Position numbers and translations under genes: made by a program
Shown: in pieces, positions 31,115 through 39,300 of the stretch
Layout of the letters: every line of letters starts with the position of its first letter
How positions within the stretch are numbered: the stretch's first letter is position 1
The notes under the pieces: generated by a model
Told to the model about the DNA's origin: nothing
Database searches by the model: none
Seen by the model: only the letters and a program-made list of their open reading frames with translations
NCBI GenBank assembly: GCA_036170915.1
Contig: JAVHQC010000020.1
Coordinates: 1-64,000 of the forward strand
Reading direction: 5' to 3'
DNA: 64,000 nucleotides
Source: Cyanobacteria bacterium auto_48_18
GTDB lineage: Bacteria > Cyanobacteriota > Vampirovibrionia > Obscuribacterales > Obscuribacteraceae

Positions 31115-31501
31115 TTAATTGTATTGATGGCTTTTCGGACTGGTGATCACGCCGATAAAGAGCATTATCAAACCGCCCCAGAGAGCAGGCACCCAGCCGT
31201 GAATGGTGAGGTAGCTCGGCATGAAATCAGCCAAAAGCTTCAGTGTCACCGCCGGTATCACCCAAAATCCTAGAATCCAGGCTGGTATCAGTACCAGTAG
31301 AGCTAGACCGAAAGTCGTAATGGTCAGTACTGTTGTAAGCAAAATTGCCAGTGCTTCTACTACCCATCCGATTAAGGCGAAGACCACGCCGGCCATAATT
31401 GCAGTAACGAAACTGCCGTGAGTGTCTATTCCCTTAATCATAGGGAAGATCCACTCGAAAGAGGCGGCAATCAAAAGTACTCGAATTAGATAGGCTTTCA
31501 T
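31115..31501 (-). CDS. 4-TM YvlD / phage_holin_4_2 family membrane protein
   Basis: Four hydrophobic segments; LTITTFGL and IHGWVPALWGGLI motifs. Confidence 0.65.
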   Translation of the reverse strand: MKAYLIRVLLIAASFEWIFPMIKGIDTHGSFVTAIMAGVVFALIGWVVEALAILLTTVLTITTFGLALLVLIPAWILGFWVIPAVTLKLLADFMPSYLTIHGWVPALWGGLIMLFIGVITSPKSHQYN

Positions 31502-31535
31502 GAACCTATCATAACCCTATTTTTGATATTTGGTT

Positions 31536-33062
31536 TTAGTTTTTGGGTTTCCAAATTGGATCTTGGAAATTGCTGGATTTGCTTGGTTCGAACCAGCGGG
31601 TCATGGTCATTTTTTGCTGGGTGTAAAACTGAATGCCTTCGGATCCTTGAATATGCAGATCGCCATAGAAGGAAGCATTCCAACCGGTGAATGGGAACCA
31701 GGCCATGGGAGCGGGCACACCCACGTTGATGCCGATCATGCCGGCGTTAAAGTGGTGTTTGAATTCTCTAGCAGATCGGCCTGAATTTGTGTAAATTACT
31801 GCACCGTTGCCGTAAGGACAATCGCGTCCAATGGCGAGTGCGTCTTCTAAGCTATCGACGCGCACCACTGACAATACTGGCCCAAAAATTTCTTCTTTGA
31901 CCACAGACATCTCAGGCTTGGCGTGGTCGAGGATGGTTGGTCCGAGATAGAATCCATTAGATTTGCTGGATATATCTAGTTTTCTGCCGTCTAGAGCGAC
32001 CTTGGCGCCTTCTTTCTCACCCTTATCGATCATGCCTCTAACTTTGTCGAGATGTTCTCTTGATACTAGTGGTCCCATGTCTGGATGAGTCTGACCATCA
32101 GTTGGGCCGACTTTCATTTGGGCCGCTGCTTCCACCAGATGTGGTACCAGTGCTTCGGCGGCATCACCAACAGGCAGAGCTAAGCTACCGGCCATACACC
32201 TTTCACCGGCGCAGCCAAAAGCTGATGCTTGCAAGGCCTGCACAGTCTGTTGCATGTCTGCGTCAGGCATAATGATGATGTGGTTCTTGGCACCACCAGC
32301 CGCTTGAACGCGCTTACCGTTAGCTGTGCCGGTTGTATAAATATACTTGGCGATGTGTGTGGAGCCGACAAACGAAATCGCTTTAATTAGCGGATGAGTG
32401 AGCAGTGCATCGACGCAATCTTTGCCACCATGAACAATGTTGAAAACTCCGTTAGGCAGACCGGCTTCAGAGAGCAAATCTGCAATCATCATGCTGGTTA
32501 GAGGCACTTTTTCAGATGGTTTGAGCAAGAATGTATTGCCGCAAGTGATTGCGATGGGATACATCCACAATGGCACCATGGCAGGGAAATTAAAGGGGGC
32601 AATACCAGCGCAAACACCAATGGGGTGGCGAATGGTTTCGCAGTCGACATTGCGAGCGATGTTTTCCATGCTCTCGCCCATCATCAAGCTTGGTATGCCG
32701 CAAGCAAATTCAACTACTTCCATGGCGCGTTGCACTGATGCACGAGATTCAGGAAGAGTTTTGCCGTGTTCGCGTGTGACGCACTGAGCAATTTCTTCGT
32801 AGTGTTGCTCCATCAAATTTTTAAAGCGGAACATGACGCGAGCGCGTTCTACAATCGGCACTTCTTTCCATTCAAGAAAAGCCTTCTGTGCTACTTGTGC
32901 AGCTCTATCAACATCAGCCATGCCACCAAGTGGGGTGCGGCCGATGATTTCACCAGTGGAAGGATTGTAGATGTCTTGAAACTCTGTCGCGGTTGAATCT
33001 ACCCACTCGCCATCGACGAGCAATTTGCAGACCGTAGCTTTGCTAGTTTTAGTCGCGACCAT
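31536..33062 (-). CDS. mmsA: CoA-acylating (methyl)malonate-semialdehyde dehydrogenase
   Basis: PFNFPAMVPLW, KPSEKVP, FVGST, GGAKNH, FGCAGERCMA, EEIFGPV and GINVGVPAPMAWFPFTGW motifs. Confidence 0.95.
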   Translation of the reverse strand: MVATKTSKATVCKLLVDGEWVDSTATEFQDIYNPSTGEIIGRTPLGGMADVDRAAQVAQKAFLEWKEVPIVERARVMFRFKNLMEQHYEEIAQCVTREHGKTLPESRASVQRAMEVVEFACGIPSLMMGESMENIARNVDCETIRHPIGVCAGIAPFNFPAMVPLWMYPIAITCGNTFLLKPSEKVPLTSMMIADLLSEAGLPNGVFNIVHGGKDCVDALLTHPLIKAISFVGSTHIAKYIYTTGTANGKRVQAAGGAKNHIIIMPDADMQQTVQALQASAFGCAGERCMAGSLALPVGDAAEALVPHLVEAAAQMKVGPTDGQTHPDMGPLVSREHLDKVRGMIDKGEKEGAKVALDGRKLDISSKSNGFYLGPTILDHAKPEMSVVKEEIFGPVLSVVRVDSLEDALAIGRDCPYGNGAVIYTNSGRSAREFKHHFNAGMIGINVGVPAPMAWFPFTGWNASFYGDLHIQGSEGIQFYTQQKMTMTRWFEPSKSSNFQDPIWKPKN

Positions 33063-33257
33063 CTAACCCTCCAGTTTTACACACACATACACACATGTCC
33101 CAAACGGTATATAAGGATATCGCCTTGATATTTGTTGCGCAATATTAAAACGCTAAATAAGCCGAAAGCAGCCCTTTTTGAGAACTTTCTAATGCTCTGG
33201 AGGGAATTGTTGTCGGCCAGCACGGTTCGCCTAAATTTTCTTGGGAATTTCCTTAAC

Positions 33258-34154
33258 TTAAGCGATACCTTCACCGCCGGTAACACCATAAATTTCACCG
33301 GTTATGTAGCTCGCTTCCTGCGAGGCAAGCAAAACATATACGGCAGCAAGTTCTACGGGTTGACCAGGTCTTCCCATGGGCACATCTTTACCGAAGTCTT
33401 TTAGCTTATCATCGGTTTGTCCACCACTTGGTTGCAGCGGTGTCCAAAACGGCCCTGGTGCAACGGCGTTTACGCGCACACCTTTTTTGATCATTTGCTT
33501 TGATATTGATTTTGTGAAATCAACAATTCCAGCTTTAGTCACGGCGTAATCCACCAGGCCCAGTGACGGTTTGTAAGCTTGACGCGATGCCGTGTTGATA
33601 ATTGCTGAGCCGGGAGCTAAATGTGGTATCGCCGCTTTCGTTATCCAAAATAACGCGTACAAGTTTGTTTTCATGGTGATATCAAACTGCTCGGTTGTGA
33701 GCTCAAGAATATCTGGAGTGTTTGTCTGCGCAGCGGCATTGTTGACCAAAATGTCGAGGCCGCCCATTTCAGCAACGGCTTTTTCCACCATAGCGAAGCA
33801 GAATGATTCGTCTTTTATATCACCAGGAAGTGCGACACCTTTGCGTCCGGCTTTTTTAATCAGGGCGATAACGTCCTCAGCATCTCGTTCTTCTTCAGGC
33901 AAGTAACCAATGGCTACGTCAGCGCCTTCGCGAGCAAAGGCTATTGCCACCGCCCGTCCAATGCCCGAGTCACCACCTGTTATGAGCGCCTTGCGCCCTT
34001 TGAGACGACCGTGACCTTGATAAGAATCCTCACCGTGATCTGGCCTCGGTGACATCTCTTCAGCCAGGCCTGGAGCAGGTTGTGGCTGCTTCTCAAATGG
34101 TGGTTGCGGATATTGAGTGCGCGGATCTTGTTTTTTTAGCCGGTCCGAAGACAT
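33258..34154 (-). CDS. SDR oxidoreductase, YghA/YhxD-like
   Basis: DPRTQYPQPPF…PDHGEDSYQG N-terminus; TGGDSGIG, YAVTK and PGPFWTPLQPSGGQ motifs. Confidence 0.92.
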   Translation of the reverse strand: MSSDRLKKQDPRTQYPQPPFEKQPQPAPGLAEEMSPRPDHGEDSYQGHGRLKGRKALITGGDSGIGRAVAIAFAREGADVAIGYLPEEERDAEDVIALIKKAGRKGVALPGDIKDESFCFAMVEKAVAEMGGLDILVNNAAAQTNTPDILELTTEQFDITMKTNLYALFWITKAAIPHLAPGSAIINTASRQAYKPSLGLVDYAVTKAGIVDFTKSISKQMIKKGVRVNAVAPGPFWTPLQPSGGQTDDKLKDFGKDVPMGRPGQPVELAAVYVLLASQEASYITGEIYGVTGGEGIA

Positions 34155-35479
34155 CAGTTACCTTCAGCTCTTGCTGTGGCTTGATCAGCAAATTGTTGGG
34201 CCTGCAATGCTTGTTGTTGCGCCTGCATGGCCAGATTTTTTGCTGCGGTGGAAGTGGTAGTACTTGCCAGACTGCTTGCACTGTCGGCCGAAGCCCTGGC
34301 ACTGTTTGCAAACGAACGCGCTTCACTGGCGGCCGCTGCACGGGCACTAGGGTCGGTTGCGCTGAGCGCGCTGTTCAGCGAATTGCGCGCAGAGGCTGAA
34401 TAATTTTGTACCTGGGTCAATTGTGTTTGCACTTGTGTGTTGATGCCTGAGAAATTAGCCTGCGCCGCAGCTGGCGACGAGACGGGATTTTGTGAACCCA
34501 TCTGATTGCTCTGATTGCTCTGATTGTCGGCATCACCATTGTTACCGCTGTTATTGGCGCCAGCACTGCCACTGCTGTTCGTGCTGTTCATGTTCATGCT
34601 GTTGGCGCGACCAGCGGTGTTCAATATGGAAGACTGATTGCCACTACCAAATTGATTTTGACCTGAGCCGTTGCCGCCGGCGTTCATGTCAGATGCGCCG
34701 CCTGGATTCGTGAATCCGGTGGTAGCCCCATTTCTACTGGTTGCATAATAACGACCGCCACCTTGAGCGCCGCTTGCTGAAACTGGGCGCACATTGCCCC
34801 ACTCTTGCTGCCGAACCTGACCGCCGCTCTGCACGCCGCCGCCTTCCCGAACTCCGCCCCCTTCTCGACTGGCGCCGCCTTGAGACCCTTGTGAGCCACC
34901 TGGTGTAGTGCGATTCTGATTTTGCGAATTAATCAAGCTTTGTCTATTACTTTGATCATTGCCGGCTTGCTGTTGATTGCCTTGCCTTGTGCCACCGTCC
35001 TGATTTTGTCCTGACGCTCCCATATTTAATGGTTGGTTTTTGGGGAAGATGACGAACTCACCTGGGCTTTTATTATGGCGAAAGAGTCTGTCAAAAATGG
35101 AGCCGCCACCCTGATTTTGCCCACCACCGCCTGTATTGCCATAACCGCCGCCTGTGTTGCCATAGCCGCCGGTGTTATAGCCGCCAGTATTGCCGCCAAA
35201 ATCTTGTACGCCGCCCTGGCCATAAGTGCCGAAGTCACCGTTAGGATTGACGTCCATTCCCTGACCGGTACCGTAATTGTAATTGCCCTGATAGCCGCCC
35301 TGGTTTCCAGTCTGATAGCCTTGATAGCCACCCTGATTACTTGTGCCGGGCTGGAAAATGGCATTGAAATTTTGCGCGCCTGCGGCACTGTACAATGCCG
35401 GTGCCGCATTGACGACCACTAGAGCCAGCAGCGCTCTTGCCGAACTGCGAACAAATTTGTGCTGACTTTTCTGACTCAT
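34154..35479 (-). CDS. Exported Gly/Asn/Gln-rich low-complexity protein with an Ala-rich helical C-terminus
   Basis: Signal peptide (…AAGA-Q); GGYQG, GNTGG and REGGG repeats; stop overlaps the SDR start (TGATG). Confidence 0.75.
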   Translation of the reverse strand: MSQKSQHKFVRSSARALLALVVVNAAPALYSAAGAQNFNAIFQPGTSNQGGYQGYQTGNQGGYQGNYNYGTGQGMDVNPNGDFGTYGQGGVQDFGGNTGGYNTGGYGNTGGGYGNTGGGGQNQGGGSIFDRLFRHNKSPGEFVIFPKNQPLNMGASGQNQDGGTRQGNQQQAGNDQSNRQSLINSQNQNRTTPGGSQGSQGGASREGGGVREGGGVQSGGQVRQQEWGNVRPVSASGAQGGGRYYATSRNGATTGFTNPGGASDMNAGGNGSGQNQFGSGNQSSILNTAGRANSMNMNSTNSSGSAGANNSGNNGDADNQSNQSNQMGSQNPVSSPAAAQANFSGINTQVQTQLTQVQNYSASARNSLNSALSATDPSARAAAASEARSFANSARASADSASSLASTTTSTAAKNLAMQAQQQALQAQQFADQATARAEGN

Positions 35480-35512
35480 TTTAGGACCTGTTACTGGTGA
35501 GTCACAACTGGG

Positions 35513-36247
35513 TCAAGCCTTTGATTGCCTGAGCTTCCGCAATTGATCGTCATGGGTGAGAGCTGGTACTTCTCCACCTTTCAGTGTAACACCGACTTTG
35601 TCAGCAACAAATCCCAGTTTTCGTAGGAACCACATATCTACGCGCTTTTTTTGCAAAGTATCACGTAAATGTTTGATATTTGAGAGGAAAGTGCCGTCCT
35701 CAAAGGTGCGCATACGCTCAAAACCACCGGTCAGGCGTTTTGACCCATGATTGCAATGCAGCACTTCAACAATATTATTGACCTGCACAGGTCCCAGGAC
35801 TGCTGCTGAAAAACCTTGTGGCTGTCCCTCGCGCAAATCCCCTTCGTTTTGAAGGAAATCAACTTGCAGCCAGGTTCTGGCTGTGAACCTGACGCGCAAT
35901 ACAACCGGTTCGCAAATCAGCGAATTAAGCGTGTCTGGCTTAATGTCACGCAGGCAGGCGGCGCGAGCATAGGCGTAAGCATCTTGAGCGCGAGTGGTAA
36001 AAAAGCTGTAGCTATTGCGGCCAGGCTCTAAGAAGCCGGTTTTGTTGATTTCCCATCGCCGGTAGCAGTTAGTGCCATGATAGAGAAAAATTTCGTTCTC
36101 GGGCTGATTGTAGTCCAGATTGCCATGACTCGCGGCAAAATCCGCAAGGGGTGGTGGAACTTGATGGTAAGGTAGGCTATCCAAGCGTCCTCTCAAATCA
36201 AACAACAAATCAGCCCTGGATTTCCCCGCAGGGAAACCACCTTTCAT
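35513..36247 (-). CDS. Hypothetical protein with an ADP-ribosyltransferase/Tpt1-like NAD-binding fold
   Basis: FLYHGT…I…GFLEPG…SFFT…AYAYA…VVLRV…GPVQVNNI follows the HGT-type ART strand pattern. Confidence 0.55.
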   Translation of the reverse strand: MKGGFPAGKSRADLLFDLRGRLDSLPYHQVPPPLADFAASHGNLDYNQPENEIFLYHGTNCYRRWEINKTGFLEPGRNSYSFFTTRAQDAYAYARAACLRDIKPDTLNSLICEPVVLRVRFTARTWLQVDFLQNEGDLREGQPQGFSAAVLGPVQVNNIVEVLHCNHGSKRLTGGFERMRTFEDGTFLSNIKHLRDTLQKKRVDMWFLRKLGFVADKVGVTLKGGEVPALTHDDQLRKLRQSKA

Positions 36248-36356
36248 ACGTTATGCCCTCGCAGTGGGGGTGTCTAACCAAAGCATGAATTTTCGTATGC
36301 AAAGCAGCAGCACTGGCGCTTGAGCCAAATGCAGTTCTCGGTTGAAAGTTTCCAGG

Positions 36357-39300
36357 CTATTCCATATGCTTTTCGCGAGCAGATTGAATAGCGGCAGTGG
36401 CCGCAGCCAGTGCCTGACGCACTCTGTCTAGATTCCACTCAGCGCTATCTCTGACTGTGGAAGTAAACTCAGCGCGTTTATTGGTCAATTCAGCAAACAA
36501 TTTTTCGCTTTCAGTTTCCATTGTCTCAATGCTGCTTTCGATTGCCTTAGCAAGATCTTTGTTTGCTTGCTGCTTAAGGCTACCCAGCTTAGAAAGGGCA
36601 TGATTACGTTCTTCAGTCAACTCTGGTTCACTGTCGACGGTTGATGCCTCAGCAAGATTTTTAAGCGTTAGATCGCTCTCGAGCATGCGTCTTTCAGTTT
36701 CTTTGATATGGCCGGCCACTTCCTGCGTGCGTTGCACCAGATCTTGGCTGGCGCGCTTGAAGGTCTCTTCAAGCCCACTCTTGAGGCCGCGGCCTGAACT
36801 CTCAAGATCAGTCAGACACTCGTCTACAGAGCGTTTAAGACCGTCTGAGGCGCGATTGATGCTGCCGTCAAGGCGCGCCAGTTCGCTAATCAGGCCAGCA
36901 TTTGATTCACTAGCCACCTGACGGCTCATGTCGTGGATCATCGTGCGCAGAATTTCTTTTTGCTCATTCAATCGGGGCAATAAAGTTTCAGCCAGAAGTT
37001 GTTTGGTTTTTTGAGCCACTGCCATTTCGGAGACGGCCATGGTGTGCGAAATCGTTTGCTCAAGATCAAGCTTTGTAGAGCGCAATTTTTCGCAAGCGCG
37101 ATCGAGTGAGCTGTCAATTTCTTCAACCATTGAGCGCATGTTGCGTTCAAGCGATTGGGTGATGGAAGAATTTTCTTCAAGCATGCGTTCGCGGAAACGA
37201 TCAAAGCGTTGTGTGACTTTCTCGCCATAGGCATCATGGCTTTCTTTGAGCTGCTCAAGAATTGACTCGCTCAAGCGTGCCAGTTCATCGTTGCGGCTGG
37301 CAATGAGATTATTTAGTCTGGTTTGCACACTGAGTGTGAGTTTTTCTAATTCGCTTTTGAACTCGGCACAATCACGGATGATTTTGCCCGACAGTTGTCT
37401 TTGCTCTGCTTCAAGGGTCTCAAGGCCCGAGGCATCAAGGTCGCTCAGCAAGCTGCGGCCACTTTCAGATTCTTTTGAGAGCCCGGTTTGTACATCTACA
37501 GCCAGATTATCTAAACGACCTCTGAGTTCACTAGACAGATTGGTGAGATTAACCTCAGCATGTTTTTCTAGATCTTGAGCTTCACGCAAGAGTGACTCAA
37601 CCTGGCGGTTTAGGCGCACTTTGAGCTCTTCTGCGCGGCTGCTCAATTTGTTGGCAGCTTTAGCGACCTGTTGCTCGAGCTTGCTCATTAATGTAGCCAT
37701 CTCGTTCATCATCAAACGAGTGTCTTGAGCTGGTGGAGCCTTTCTTACTCCAGAGTCAAACTCGCCCATAGCTGGTGCGCTGGCTGCAGTAGACCAGTTG
37801 CTTGCTGGCGCTGGAGCCGGTGCAGGCTCAGGTGCTGGTGTCGCCGTGAATGCTGGCGCTGGGTCAGCAGCAGGTGCAGGAGCCGGAGCTGGTGTAGGAG
37901 TAGGTGCAGGTTCTGGTTCTGGTGCTGCTTGCGGCGGCAGAGACAATTCTAAATCAGGGGCAAGCGAAATTGACTGACCAAGAGCCTCTCCAAATTCTGA
38001 AGGCAGCGGATCCGAAGCTAAAGCTGACAAACTGGACGAGCTTGTAGTAGCAAAATCAACTGAGGCCGATGCGATTGATTCAGGTGTGGCAATTGGCTCA
38101 GCATCTGAAATTGATGCTTTAGTTTCACTGGGTGATACGGCTGATACCGTTTTTGGTACCGCCACATCAAGCAATGGCTCTTGCTGAGATGCTGGTGTCA
38201 AACCGGCATCGGGGGTAGCTATCATAGGCTCTTGAATGTTGTTTGCTTGATGTGGAGCGACAACAGAAAGATCAGAATAGCTTGAAGTAGAAGGTTCATA
38301 AGCCGGAGTCACAGCCGGATTAGCAGCTGGAATAATTTCAGACACTTGTGCTTCAGGGGCTACGGTCAGCGGTATTTCTTCAGGCCATAGTGCTGATGTG
38401 TCGGTCTGTGGTATGCGATTGGCGTCTTCTGGCCAGAGGGCAGCTATATCTGCTGGTGTGCCTGCCTCTACTGGCAGCTCAGCAGCAGGTGCTTCAGCTT
38501 GTGGGCCAGGTGTTGAAGGCTCCGAAATTGAGCTAGGGGTCGGGCTGGAGCCACCAAGTTCTGAACTTCTGCGCAACGGGCTGGAGTAATCGCGGGGGCG
38601 CACTCGAGTTTGCATTACTTGCGAATCGCTCATTTCAGGAGCCGCGGGCGTGCTTTCAGGAGCCACTTGCGAGGTTCTTGATGTCGGTGGCGTATCGATT
38701 GGTGTAGCGTCGATAACCGGTTCCACCGCTGGTGGTGCCACATCCAAAACCGGTAATTTTGCCAATTCAGGCTCTACAACCGGTTCTACGATTTGCTCAA
38801 CTGGCACTTCGGCAGCTGCAGCCGGAGCTTGTGCTTCTACTACTTCTACTACTTCTACTTTCTCTTTCTCTTCTTCCGGTGCATTGAAGAGAGATGTGTT
38901 GGGGTCCATATTTGACCAGAAGCCGCCACCACTACTAGTCATTGGTGCGTTGTTTAAATTGTCGGCTACAGGTGTGCCTTGTTGCCAGACTTCTTCAGCC
39001 GCAGCTTCTTCTTCATGGCTTGTGACCGGCGGTGCGGCATCAAGACCGCTATCTTTAGAGAGCTGTTGTGTCAGTCTCTCAAAGAGAGAGCCGTCTAGAG
39101 GTTCAGTGGAGTTAAATGACGATTCAACGGCGGTAGACCATTCAGCTTCACTGCTTGGATGACCAGGGGCGGAGAGCACTTCTTCTGTTGGCGAAGCAGC
39201 ATCAGTAGCAGAAGTATCAGTGTCACCAGGAGGCTGATAGTCCATCCAGGCATCAGGATCAGCTGGGGCTGGCTCTTCCGGAACCGGCTCAGGCAGCTTA

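Noticed and set aside
31115..31501. Holin-family gene as evidence of a prophage
   Set aside because: YvlD-type 4-TM proteins are common chromosomal genes, and there are no endolysin, structural or replication phage genes nearby.
35120..35340. Short DNA repeats (GCCGCC-rich) as a CRISPR array or VNTR
   Set aside because: They are imperfect codon-level repeats inside a Gly-rich CDS; there is no repeat-spacer structure and no cas gene in the window.
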